NCBI GenBank assembly: GCA_035650735.1
Contig: DASRGZ010000015.1
Location: forward strand, 1-43,505
Direction: 5' to 3'
Length of the DNA stretch: 43,505 nt
From: Chthonomonadaceae bacterium
GTDB taxonomy: Bacteria > Armatimonadota > Chthonomonadetes > Chthonomonadales > Chthonomonadaceae
The notes under the pieces were generated by a model. That model saw nothing but the letters and a program-made list of their open reading frames with translations, had not been told where the DNA came from and did not search any database. Shown one piece after another: positions 1 to 9,532 of the stretch (its first letter is position 1; every line of letters begins with the position of its first letter). Both the position numbers and the translations under genes were made by a program.

Positions 1-142
1 AGCCCAGACGACAAACACTCACCCGCCGTCCTCTGACTGGCTGGCAGGCAGACACCTGGGTAGGCCGGGTGGGGCAGAGAGCCGCCTCTTCCAGGCGCGT
101 GCCATAGGCCAGCGTCCATAAGGTGGCGATGGCTAAGACCAT
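1..142 (-). CDS. possible N-terminus of a hypothetical protein running off the window edge
   Basis: ATG at 142 opens MVLAIATLWTLAYGTRLEE..., with no stop before the window edge; no clear RBS and no recognisable motif. Confidence 0.25.
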   Translation of the reverse strand, partial: MVLAIATLWTLAYGTRLEEAALCPTRPTQVSACQPVRGRRVSVCRLG

Positions 143-222
143 AAAAGGAATTTATTCCGTCGTATAGAGAGGCCAAGCGAGCTTACCTACCCCTCTGAGC
201 GGGAGAGGGCGAACAGGCCCTC

Positions 223-1974
223 CTACCGCAGCCGGAACTGGCGGGTGCTCGCCGCAGACTGCTGGCCGACGGCATTGACGTCCGTGACCGTGATCGTGTA
301 CTGCATATTGCGCGTGGAGAACAGGCCCGCCAGGTCAATGGGCTGGGTCTGCCAGTTGCCGTTCTTGTCCACGTTGACCACCTCATCGGCAGCCGTGCCT
401 CGCACGGCCAACACGCCCAGCAGCTTATTCTGGTAATCCACGCGGACGCGTACCTGCGTATTGGGCGTAGCCTTGCCTTTGACGACGAGCGGATTGGTGG
501 GCCGGTCGTTGGGGCCGGGGTAAGTAATGACGGGCTGCATCGGCTTGCCGGTGCTGATCACCACGGCCCGCGTCGCCTGCGCGGTATACTTCTGGCCGTT
601 GGGCGCAGAGAGGGTTGTTATCAGCACGCCATTGCTCGTGTCCTCGCCTTTGCGGATCGTGTAGTCGGCGGCATAGTGACCGGGCTGTATCTCCTGCATC
701 GGCACGTTCTTGATATTGCCCACCGAGAAGAACGCTTTGCCGCCCGGCATGCCCTGCATCTCCACATGCAGCGTATCGCCCGGCTCCAGGGGCCGGGTAG
801 CGTTAGAGGTAACGGCCTTGATACCCTGCGCGGCGCTCGACTCCTCGATGAAGGTCCACTGGGTCGCCACTTTGTTGCCGGCTCTATCGGCAGCGGTGAG
901 CTCCACCAGCTGCGGGCCGGCTGAGAGGGGCGATGGTGGCGTATAGGAGACGAAATCGCGCGTCACGGTGGCCTCCGGGGTCACGTCGCGCTGGTTGAGG
1001 CGCAGGCGGACGGCGTTCTGGTTGAGGCCGCTGCCCTGATCTTCGAACACCGCATAGATATTCGGGCGCGGCGTGGTCACCCTGGTGTTGGGCTCCGGGG
1101 CAAGGTCGCGAATGCGGGGCGGCACGGCATCCACAGAGATAGTGCCGGCGGCCTGGATCAGGGGGGCGGTCTTGTTGCCGATGCGCAGGCTGCCGATGAC
1201 GGCGGCATCGGAGAGCTGGATCGCTTTGCCGGTAGGAACCTGCCAGACGCCTGTGTAGTGGCCGGGCGAAGTCTCCCGCATCGGCGTCTCGTTGGCCAGG
1301 CCGGGAATGCGGAAGCTGGCCTGTCCGCCCGGCGTACCGACGAGTGTGACATGCACCACCTGTCCGGGGTGCAGCCAGCCGCCAGCATCCTGGGTGAAAG
1401 AGTCGATGACCGGCGCGGGGGCGTTGCCCGCAGGGGGCGCGGGACGGGCCGGAGGCGGATTATTTCCCTGCCCTGTGGTATCAACGGTGACGGTGTGGGT
1501 TCTGCCGTCCCAGCCGACATGAGCGCCCAGCGCCTCGCTAAGAAAGCGCAGCGGCACCATCGTGTGGTTTTCAATGACCTGGGCGGGAACATCCAGGAGG
1601 ACGGTTCTGCCGTTGACGGTGGCGCGTCGGTCGCCGATCTTGAGCTCGATATCTACGTTGGCATTGCTGGCGACGACCGAGCGGGTCTGGGGCACCCAGG
1701 CGACGTTAGCGCCCAACTGTTCGAGCACGCCGCGCACGGGCACCAGCACGCGCCCTTCCACCTCGAGCGGGCCGACGCCCTGAAAATGGACCGGCTGGCC
1801 GTTGACCAGGACGCTGATGCCCTGGGCCAGCACGCCGCCCGCGCTGAGAGCCAGCAACGCGCCCACGCCAAGCAGACTATGCCACGCCTGGCAGAGTCTG
1901 AGCAAAGAGAAAGCCTGAAGAGGCCGGATGTCTCTGGGTCGCCGGTCGCCAGGCCATGTTATTCGGATACGCAT
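223..1974 (-). CDS. secreted copper amine oxidase N-terminal (stalk) domain protein with Ig-like domains
   Basis: GGAGGT RBS; signal-peptide-like hydrophobic stretch; stalk-domain motifs GRVLVPVRGVLEQLGANVAW and TMVPLRFLSEALGAHVGWD; Pro-rich linker followed by beta-rich repeats. Confidence 0.85.
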   Translation of the reverse strand: MRIRITWPGDRRPRDIRPLQAFSLLRLCQAWHSLLGVGALLALSAGGVLAQGISVLVNGQPVHFQGVGPLEVEGRVLVPVRGVLEQLGANVAWVPQTRSVVASNANVDIELKIGDRRATVNGRTVLLDVPAQVIENHTMVPLRFLSEALGAHVGWDGRTHTVTVDTTGQGNNPPPARPAPPAGNAPAPVIDSFTQDAGGWLHPGQVVHVTLVGTPGGQASFRIPGLANETPMRETSPGHYTGVWQVPTGKAIQLSDAAVIGSLRIGNKTAPLIQAAGTISVDAVPPRIRDLAPEPNTRVTTPRPNIYAVFEDQGSGLNQNAVRLRLNQRDVTPEATVTRDFVSYTPPSPLSAGPQLVELTAADRAGNKVATQWTFIEESSAAQGIKAVTSNATRPLEPGDTLHVEMQGMPGGKAFFSVGNIKNVPMQEIQPGHYAADYTIRKGEDTSNGVLITTLSAPNGQKYTAQATRAVVISTGKPMQPVITYPGPNDRPTNPLVVKGKATPNTQVRVRVDYQNKLLGVLAVRGTAADEVVNVDKNGNWQTQPIDLAGLFSTRNMQYTITVTDVNAVGQQSAASTRQFRLR

Positions 1975-2201
1975 CGCTCGGTACCTCCCGATAAATGAAA
2001 TTGAGGATAGGCTCGACCGGGCCGTCTACCCGGCACGCGCGCCTCGCGGGGGGCACGCAGGCGCACAACGAAAACGGGAGGTCGCTGCCAGCAGCGACCT
2101 CCCATATGGCGACTCACGGCGTGAATTGGACGGACAAGGGATTGCCGCTCCTGCCGAACAAGGGAGCGCGCCGCACGCAGCAGCAAATCAGGTATCCCCT
2201 G

Positions 2202-2999
2202 TTACGGGCCCGTATTCGTGCTCGTTCCCGACGTGCTGCTGCTAGTGCCGGTGCTGCTAGTGCCGGTATTGGTCTCATTCGTACCGGTACCTGTTTCGTT
2301 GTTATTGGTGCCGGTATTTGCCCCGTTCGCGCCTGCGCCCGTATTGCCGGAGGTGCCGGGCGTGGCCTCAGAGCCGCGTGGGCTGGTATTTTGGTTATTG
2401 GAGTTATTGGGCGGAGGCACCCGCACCTCGTTATGAATCTCCGTGTTGGGCGTCCCTGCGGCCGGCGGCGCCGAGGCCGGCGGCGTCACGACCACCGGAG
2501 GCGGCGGGGTTGTCGGGGCCGGCTGGTTCTGGATGATCACGGGCGGCGAAGGATTCGACGTCGTGGCCGGCGCCGATGTGGTCGCGGGCGTACCGGAGGT
2601 CGCGGTGGCCGTCTGCGTCTGCGACGGCTGGCTGGTCCAGTACCAGATGCCCACGCCCAGCAGCACCGCTATCACCAGCGCGGCGATCACATAGAAACCG
2701 AAATTGGCGTTGGCGGCGTCTGCACGCGCGGCCTCCGCGCTCTCCCGATATACGTTGCGCTCGGTGGCCAGATGGGCCGCCCGATTGCGCTCCTGGTTGG
2801 CGGCGATACTGGCGCTCACCGCCGCATTTTCCGCCTGCTGGCGGCGGACATTCTCATCTACCGCAACTTGCTCGGCGACGTCGCGCCCCACCGCCTCATT
2901 GGCGGCGACGTTGAGCGCGGCGTCCCGCTGGAGTTCCGCCTGGGCGCGCTCTGCCTGCGCCCGGGCCGCTTGATTGTTCAGATTATCTTGGTCACTCAT
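2202..2999 (-). CDS. hypothetical single-pass membrane protein (coiled-coil N-terminus, Pro/Thr/Asn-rich disordered C-terminus)
   Basis: GAGGAG RBS; 265 aa; one TM helix FGFYVIAALVIAVLLGVGIWYW. Confidence 0.75.
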   Translation of the reverse strand: MSDQDNLNNQAARAQAERAQAELQRDAALNVAANEAVGRDVAEQVAVDENVRRQQAENAAVSASIAANQERNRAAHLATERNVYRESAEAARADAANANFGFYVIAALVIAVLLGVGIWYWTSQPSQTQTATATSGTPATTSAPATTSNPSPPVIIQNQPAPTTPPPPVVVTPPASAPPAAGTPNTEIHNEVRVPPPNNSNNQNTSPRGSEATPGTSGNTGAGANGANTGTNNNETGTGTNETNTGTSSTGTSSSTSGTSTNTGP

Positions 3000-3234
3000 G
3001 GTTCGTGCTCCTCATTCTTAAATATCGTACCGCTATTGACGACGGGCATACGAAACCGTAGATGGCGCCGGCACAACGGTCTGAACCTGTAAGCGTCACC
3101 CACGGAATTGCCTCTATCTACCGATAAGAGCAAATACAGACCGGAAGGCGGCAAAATGACTTGCTGCACCTATCTGCGTTTTATGTCCGCTCCTCAGCCT
3201 TTCATGCGCGGGCCCACCCTCTCGCATCAAAACA

Positions 3235-3279
3235 CCTCTCCCCTCTCCTGTGCAAGGAGAGGGGACGGGGGTGAGGTCT
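3235..3279. repeat. CCCCTCTCC-N-GGAGAGGGG palindromic REP-like element, copy 1
   Basis: Reverse complement matches 40599-40643 at 40/45 positions; internal hairpin. Confidence 0.8.
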
Positions 3280-3288
3280 CTTTTCACC

Positions 3289-4068
3289 TCAGGAAGCAGG
3301 CTGATACTGCTGGTAATTGGATTCAAACGGGAACCGACCGGATACTCTCTCACGAGAGCCATCCAGGGCGACCCGCGTGCGCGCCTGCTTCTCCTTGCGT
3401 TCCGCCTGTGTCTGGCGATCCAGAGCCTCTTCCTGATGCTGTAGCTTCAGGAAGTACTGCCGGAGCAATTGCCGGCCGCGATGCAAGCGGCTACGCACGG
3501 TGCCGACCGGACAGCCGACGCGTTGGGCGATCTCCTCGTAGCTATAGCCCTGCACGTCTGCCAGCACGATCACGGTGCGATAATCGCGGGAAAGCGCCGA
3601 GAGCGCGCGCCGCACCGAGCGACCTGCTTCCGCTCGAAAGTAGGCCGGTTCCGGCAGCACGCTGGTGCGCTCATCGGCCAGGCAGGCGATCAGCGAAGTA
3701 TGCCGGTTGCCGCCGTTGGAGGAGGCGACCCGGCCATGATGGCTGGTATTCCCGCTGGTTTCCGCATCAAGAGAGCAGGCCGGGGCGCCGGCGGAACGCC
3801 GCCAGCGGTCTATGGCCAGATTGGTCAGAATGCGAAACAGCCACCCTTCAAACGGGCGCGACCGGTCATAACGGTCAAAGGCCGACCAGACGCGCACAAA
3901 TGCTTCCTGCGTTAGATCCTCGGCGTCGCTGGCATTCCCCATCATCCGGTAGGCAACGCTATAGGCACGGCTATAATTGCGGCGCATCAATGCCTCAAAT
4001 TCAGCAGCGGACGAAGTCGCGTCTTCTTCATCAGACGTGTGCTTCGGCCCTGTGAACGGCATGATCAT
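3289..4068 (-). CDS. ECF-subfamily sigma-70 RNA polymerase sigma factor
   Basis: sigma2 motifs DAEDLTQEAFVRVW and FEGWLFRILTNLAIDRWR; sigma4 motif GYSYEEIAQRVGCPVGTVRSRLHRGR. Confidence 0.95.
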   Translation of the reverse strand: MIMPFTGPKHTSDEEDATSSAAEFEALMRRNYSRAYSVAYRMMGNASDAEDLTQEAFVRVWSAFDRYDRSRPFEGWLFRILTNLAIDRWRRSAGAPACSLDAETSGNTSHHGRVASSNGGNRHTSLIACLADERTSVLPEPAYFRAEAGRSVRRALSALSRDYRTVIVLADVQGYSYEEIAQRVGCPVGTVRSRLHRGRQLLRQYFLKLQHQEEALDRQTQAERKEKQARTRVALDGSRERVSGRFPFESNYQQYQPAS

Positions 4069-4457
4069 GATGGTATCCCCCTGGCCTGATTTCCCATGAT
4101 ACGGCGTGATAGGATGGTGTGAAATAGCCTCCTCTTGCTTCCTGGCAGAGGAAGGAGGCTAGGATTGGGTCCGTGATGGTTTGCACCGACAGTTCACGAA
4201 GCAGACGAAGGGACGGGAAGGAAGGTTCCCACGTTTTCGCCAATTAGCCGTCCAGCGAACTGTCAAATATGGGAACAAAGCCGGCAACAGAGGCGTCAAG
4301 TGCGCGAAGGTAGCGCAAATTGGTTCCGGCGGAGCTGCTGGCGCCGAAACGGGAAGGTGCGCAGGCTCTCGTTGTGGGTGCGCACGGTGGCGGGGCCGTT
4401 CACACCGGAAGGGGAAGACTGTCGGCACGTTGCGGGAAGGCTGCGAGGAGAAGAGAG

Positions 4458-4808
4458 ATGCCATTATACTGGTGGGGGTTGTCTGCGGCGCTTTGCATCC
4501 TGGGTACCCTCTTTCTGCTTATCAGCATGGGCGTATTGGGAGGGATCAGTGGCCAGCTCATGCCGCTGCTGGACGAGGTAAAAGCCCAGCTTCAGGATTT
4601 CGGAGATATAACCACCAACACGGTGGGGCGGGCGGCGGACACAATGGATATTGTGGAGGTGCGGGTTTCCCAGGCAATGGGACAGGCGGCCGAGGCCAGC
4701 ACGACGGTGCGGCGGCAGGCGCTTGGAGTGGGGGCGGTGCTGGCAGGGCTCTACGCGGCAACGCGCATCGTCGGCGCCTTCCGCAAATCCCGCCGTCGCC
4801 GCCGTTAG
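4458..4808 (+). CDS. small membrane protein (two TM helices flanking a coiled coil; DUF948-like architecture)
   Basis: GAGGAG RBS before ATG 4458; MPLYWWGLSAALCILG...; Arg-rich C-terminus. Confidence 0.7.
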   Translation: MPLYWWGLSAALCILGTLFLLISMGVLGGISGQLMPLLDEVKAQLQDFGDITTNTVGRAADTMDIVEVRVSQAMGQAAEASTTVRRQALGVGAVLAGLYAATRIVGAFRKSRRRRR

Positions 4809-5015
4809 GTTAGAACCGACGGCCGGCTCCCCGCATGGTCTCCAGGAAAGCGGACAGAAGTGCGCGAATCCGACGAGCGCCTGGCAGCCGGTGATCTGCT
4901 CCACTTCCGCAGAGCCAGGCAAAGTGCGAACGCGCTCCCCTCTCGCAAGCGAGGCCGGGAGCGCGTTGCTTTTGGCGGGTTTCCTTTGAAATAAATCAAG
5001 AGCAAGTAAACGGCA

Positions 5016-6329
5016 ATGATAGAGATCCGAATTAGCGCAGGAAATAGCCGACGCTGGGTGCGGGGGATACTGCTTTTTCTGGGCCTGGTGCTGGCCCTGT
5101 GGCTGGCGTATCTGGTGCGCGAGATCTGGCTGCCCCTGATCCTCGCGTTGCTGATCGCCATGGTGCTCGACCCCATCGTGGATCGCATGGAGCGGCGGGG
5201 ATGGTCGCGCCTGCGCGGGGCCGCCGTGATCTATCTCCTCTTTTTTATTACGGTGGCCGTTATCCTGACCTTCGCGGTGCCAGCGATCATCACGCAGGCT
5301 TCGCAAGTCGTCAGTTCCATCGGCCAGTATCTTCCCAGCGACAGCGATACCCAGACCAAGCGCGCGCTCCTGCGCCTGCTGCATAAAGCGCACGCCAACG
5401 CGCTGGTCCAAAACACGGTGCTGAATTCCAGCGCGCGAATCAGTCTGGCGATGGGCCATCTGGGAATGTGGTTCGGCAATCTGGCGCAGGGATTTGCCGC
5501 CAACCTGATCTGGCTGGTGCTGATCCCCATTCTCGCCTTCTATTTCCTCAAGGACTTTCACATCCTCCTGGCGCGGCTGCTGCTGCTGGTGCCGCACGAA
5601 CACCGCAACACCGCGGAACGATTAGTCAATGACATCAGCGCCATTTTTGCGGGCTATCTGCGCGGGCTGGTGATCGTCTGCGCGCTCAACGCCGCCTTCA
5701 CCGCCTTTGTGCTGGCTATGTTTCAGGTGCCGAACCCGCTGGCGCTGGGCGCCATCTCCGGCGTGCTCTACATGGTGCCCTACCTGGGGGCAGCACTGAC
5801 GATCCTGATGATTGGCGCTGTCGTGCTGATGTCGAGCACAGTCCAGATGATGCTCATTGTCGTGGTAACGATGATACTGCTCCATCATGTCATCTTTGAT
5901 CAAATCATCACGCCGCGCATTGTCGGGCGTCATGTCGGGCTGCATCCAATCTTGAGCCTCCTGGCGTTGCTTGTCGGAGGCTCACTGTTAGGAATCGTTG
6001 GGATGATTCTGGCCGTGCCGTTTGCTGCCATCGTCCAGATAGTCTTAGTGACTCTGTTTCCGAAGTTGATCCAGCCCATTGAGGTTCCGGAGGGGGAGCG
6101 GCTGCACGAAAAAGCGGGTCAGATCGCCGAGGCGGCCCAGAAAACGGATGAGATCAAAGATATGGTAGACGTCCATCAGACATTGGTGGCGCTGGTGGAT
6201 TCTGCCGACGAGAACGTGCCTTCGCCGGAGCCGGCGAGCCCACAAAAGCAGGCTGTGGAGGCGCCACTGCCCCCTACGGCCGATACGACCCCTCCGGCCC
6301 CCAATATCGGGACGGCCCCTTCCGGGTAG
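5016..6329 (+). CDS. AI-2E family transporter (PerM/YhhT-like)
   Basis: Multi-TM; motifs LDPIVDRMERRG, FYFLKD, VPYLG and PRIVGRHVGLHP...GMILAVP. Confidence 0.93.
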   Translation: MIEIRISAGNSRRWVRGILLFLGLVLALWLAYLVREIWLPLILALLIAMVLDPIVDRMERRGWSRLRGAAVIYLLFFITVAVILTFAVPAIITQASQVVSSIGQYLPSDSDTQTKRALLRLLHKAHANALVQNTVLNSSARISLAMGHLGMWFGNLAQGFAANLIWLVLIPILAFYFLKDFHILLARLLLLVPHEHRNTAERLVNDISAIFAGYLRGLVIVCALNAAFTAFVLAMFQVPNPLALGAISGVLYMVPYLGAALTILMIGAVVLMSSTVQMMLIVVVTMILLHHVIFDQIITPRIVGRHVGLHPILSLLALLVGGSLLGIVGMILAVPFAAIVQIVLVTLFPKLIQPIEVPEGERLHEKAGQIAEAAQKTDEIKDMVDVHQTLVALVDSADENVPSPEPASPQKQAVEAPLPPTADTTPPAPNIGTAPSG

Positions 6330-6365
6330 AGGAAAGGGCCGCATGGGGAAAGCGGGGGCAGCGCG

Positions 6366-7448
6366 TCACAGCTTGGGCGGCTGGAACGTCTGGACGGCCT
6401 CCAGGGTGGTCGGGGGAATCACCTGACCGTCGGCGATCATTTTGGTGACTTTGTCCAGGCGGGCCAGCACCGTAGGCGGGACATCCTGCTTCGTGAACTT
6501 CATCGCGGAGAGGCCGATGCCGTTGGATTTCAGGTCGTAGAGCTGGATACCGGGCTGGAAACGGCCCTCCTTGACGCGCTTTATGGTATCGAAGACGGCG
6601 TTATCCAGGCGCTTGACCATGCTGGTCAGCACGCGGCCTGGCGCTTCGTCGTCCTGGTCGCGGTCTACGCCGATGGCATAGTAGCCCGTCCCTTTCTCCC
6701 GCACCGCCTGAATGACGCCCAGGCCCGCCTTGCCCGCCGCGTGATAGAGGACGTCGGCGCCGTTGGCTATCTCCTGCATGGCCTGGAGCTTGCCCTTGTT
6801 CTGGTCGTTCCAGTCGCCAGTATAGGCGGAAACCACCTTGACGTTGGGATCGGCGGTCTTGGCCCCAGCGCGGTAGCCAGCCTCGAATTTCTGGATGAGC
6901 GGGATCTGCTCGCCGCCCACAAAGCCTATCGTTTTGGTCTTGCTCATGGAAGCGGCCAGGAAGCCGGCCAGGAACGAGCCCTGCTCCTCCTTGAACTTGA
7001 GCGCAGCGGTGTTGGGCAGGTCGGGCGCATTGCCGTCGGCAATGGCAAACTTGACGCTCGGAAACTGAGGCGCGACCTCTTTGAGCGCATCCTCCATCTT
7101 GTAGCCGATGGCGAACACGACGTCGTAGCCGTCGTTGGCCAGAGAGGTGAGGTTGGTCTTATATTCGGACTCGTCCTTCGATTCTACGTAACGTCCCTCG
7201 ACCCCCAGTTCCTTCTTGGCCCGCTCCAGGCCCTCGACCGCCGCCGCGTTGAACGACTTATCGTCCGGGCCGCCGGTATCCAGCACCACCGCCGCACGGA
7301 TGGTTTTGCCGCCCGCAGCGCCTCTGGCGCCGGATGTGCTCTCCGTGGCCGCGTTCGCCTGGCCGGGTTTGGGAGCGCCGCATCCGGCCAGCGCCCCCAG
7401 CAACAAAGCCGCCAGCGCGGCCAGCATCCATTTTTGTGTCATGCGCAT
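6366..7448 (-). CDS. BMP family ABC transporter substrate-binding lipoprotein (nucleoside-binding type)
   Basis: Lipobox LAGC; motifs DDKSFN, EEQGSFLAG, AIGVDRDQ and LTSMVKRLD. Confidence 0.93.
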   Translation of the reverse strand: MRMTQKWMLAALAALLLGALAGCGAPKPGQANAATESTSGARGAAGGKTIRAAVVLDTGGPDDKSFNAAAVEGLERAKKELGVEGRYVESKDESEYKTNLTSLANDGYDVVFAIGYKMEDALKEVAPQFPSVKFAIADGNAPDLPNTAALKFKEEQGSFLAGFLAASMSKTKTIGFVGGEQIPLIQKFEAGYRAGAKTADPNVKVVSAYTGDWNDQNKGKLQAMQEIANGADVLYHAAGKAGLGVIQAVREKGTGYYAIGVDRDQDDEAPGRVLTSMVKRLDNAVFDTIKRVKEGRFQPGIQLYDLKSNGIGLSAMKFTKQDVPPTVLARLDKVTKMIADGQVIPPTTLEAVQTFQPPKL

Positions 7449-7502
7449 CTGGAAAACGGTTCCTTTGTGGATAGGTTCAAGCTATCGCCGCGGCTTGTGA
7501 AA

Positions 7503-7537
7503 CCCTACCCCCTAAATCCTATCCCTACACCCTAAAC
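7503..7537. repeat. short tandem heptamer-like CCTANNN repeat
   Basis: CCTA at 7504, 7511, 7518, 7524 and 7531 (spacing 7/7/6/7) in the intergenic space. Confidence 0.55.
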
Positions 7538-7554
7538 TTGGGGATAGGCTCACG

Positions 7555-9237
7555 CTATCGCCTCGGCTTGTGAATCGCTTCGCCCTTGACATCCAGGGCC
7601 GCTTCGCCAACCGCTTCGGCGAGCGTCGGGTGCGCGTGAATGGCCGTCATCAGTTCCTCGACGGTCGACTCCAGCTTGATCGCCATCACCCCTTCATGGA
7701 TCAGCTCGGTGGCGTGCGGGCCGACGATGTGGACGCCCAGCAGCTCGCCGTATTTGCGCTCCGCCACGACCTTGACCATGCCCTCCTGCTCGTTCATCGC
7801 CATGGCGCGGCCCAGCGGCCGGAAGGGGAAGCGACCGGTCATCACGTCGTAGCCCTGAGCGCGCGCCGCCTCCTCCGTCAGCCCGACGGAGGCCACCTCC
7901 GGCACGGTAAAGATCGGGGCGGGCACGGCGCGGTAGTCCATCTTGACGGGGTGGCCCATCGCGTTCTCGGCGGCGACAATGCCCATATGGGAGGCCAGGT
8001 GCGCCAGCAGTTGCTTGCCGGTCACATCGCCGATGGCGTAGATGTTGGGCACGCTCGTTTGCAGGTACTCATTGACCTCGACGCCGGTGTGCATGAGCCG
8101 GACGCCGACCTTATCCAGGCCCAGGCCGTCGAAGTAGGCTTTGCGGCCCGTGGCCACCAGGATGACCTCCGCCTCCACCGTCTTGCTGCCCTTATCTCCC
8201 TGGATGGTGACGACCCAATTCCCGTTCTTCCGCTCGACCTGCTTGACGCTGGCGCCGATATAGAAGCGAATGCCCTGACGCTCCAGGCTCTTGCGCAGCT
8301 CACGGGCGATCTCGCGGTCGCCGGTAGGCAAGATCTCCTCGGCGATCTCGACCAGATCGACCTCGGCGCCCAGGTTGCGGAACAGGTATCCGAATTCCAG
8401 GCCGACTGCGCCGCAGCCGATGATGAGCATACTTTTCGGGCACTCCTTCGCGGAGACGGCCTCATCGCTGGTCCAGATGCCGTTGCTGCTCTGGCCGCGC
8501 GGGTCGTTGGAATTGCGCTCTACGCCGGGGATCCGCGGAATAACCGGCACGGAGCCGGTGGCGAGGATGATGTTCTGGGTGGTGATGCGCTCGGCCTTGC
8601 CGTCGGCGCCCGTCACCTCGACCGTGTGCGCGTCCAGCAGTTTGCCAGTGCCGACGACGGAACGGACGTGGTTGCTCTTGAGAAGGCCACTTACGCCTCC
8701 GCGCAGGGTAGTGACGATCTTCTGCTTGCGCTCCATCATCTTGCCGAAGTCGAAGCCGACCTCGCCGTTGATGAGCACGCCCATCGCGTTAGCGGTCTTG
8801 ACCTGATGCAGGCGCTCCACGCTGGCGATCATGGCCTTGGTGGGAATGCAGCCCCAGTTGAGGCAGGTACCGCCCCACTCGGTGGCTTCCTTTTCGATGC
8901 AGACGGTGCGCGCGCCTAGCTGCGCGGCGCGAATGGCGGCCACGTAGCCGCCCGGGCCGGAGCCGATAACCACGATATCGGCGTCAAACTCTCCCGTGGG
9001 GGACATTCTCGGTTGCTCCTTTGGTTGCGGGGCCAGCAGCCTATCCACGATCTCGTTCTGCTGCGCATCCATGAGCGCTTCGCGTTCGCTGGAGCGGGAA
9101 GGCGGCGGCAGCGTCTCCGGTGCCGGGGGCTCGGCGATGCGAACGGTCGCGTCTCCTGCCCCTGGGAGAGGGGCGGAAGCGGTGGGGGATGCCGGGATAT
9201 TCGGATCGGGACAGGTATCGCGCTGTTGCTCGCTCAC
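7555..9237 (-). CDS. lpdA: dihydrolipoyl dehydrogenase (E3)
   Basis: GSGPGGYVAAIRAAQLG, redox-active GGTCLNWGCIPTK, C-terminal HAHPTLAE; GTG 9237 follows an AGGAG RBS (start uncertain; ATG 9072 is an alternative). Confidence 0.93.
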   Translation of the reverse strand: MSEQQRDTCPDPNIPASPTASAPLPGAGDATVRIAEPPAPETLPPPSRSSEREALMDAQQNEIVDRLLAPQPKEQPRMSPTGEFDADIVVIGSGPGGYVAAIRAAQLGARTVCIEKEATEWGGTCLNWGCIPTKAMIASVERLHQVKTANAMGVLINGEVGFDFGKMMERKQKIVTTLRGGVSGLLKSNHVRSVVGTGKLLDAHTVEVTGADGKAERITTQNIILATGSVPVIPRIPGVERNSNDPRGQSSNGIWTSDEAVSAKECPKSMLIIGCGAVGLEFGYLFRNLGAEVDLVEIAEEILPTGDREIARELRKSLERQGIRFYIGASVKQVERKNGNWVVTIQGDKGSKTVEAEVILVATGRKAYFDGLGLDKVGVRLMHTGVEVNEYLQTSVPNIYAIGDVTGKQLLAHLASHMGIVAAENAMGHPVKMDYRAVPAPIFTVPEVASVGLTEEAARAQGYDVMTGRFPFRPLGRAMAMNEQEGMVKVVAERKYGELLGVHIVGPHATELIHEGVMAIKLESTVEELMTAIHAHPTLAEAVGEAALDVKGEAIHKPRR

Positions 9238-9532
9238 GCCGTAACTCCTGGCGAAAACTAGAAGGCCAGCCCCGCATGATACCTGTATCGTGCGGGCGTT
9301 GCGATGAGACGATAGGCCCAAAAGAAAACCAGAAGCCCTCCGCCGGACGTGGCCGCCGGATGCTCCTGGATAAATGCGCGTGTCTTGCTTTTCGCGCCGG
9401 TCTACAAACGGCGAGAACACAGCAAAAAGTATAGCATACAGCGCGAAGGGCCGTCAACGTGCGCGCCCGCAGACAGCAATAGGCCGAAGTTGCACGGTTT
9501 CGTCGCCTTGGCGGGCTGGCGGTAGTGGGCCG

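Noticed and set aside
2232..2300. 15-bp tandem repeat GTGCTGCTAGTGCCG
   Set aside because: It simply encodes the low-complexity TGTSS tail of the membrane protein
1995..3092. Long antisense/shadow ORFs (also 7570-8919, 9374-10747, 15547-16509 and others)
   Set aside because: They overlap well-supported genes on the opposite strand and are expected in high-GC DNA
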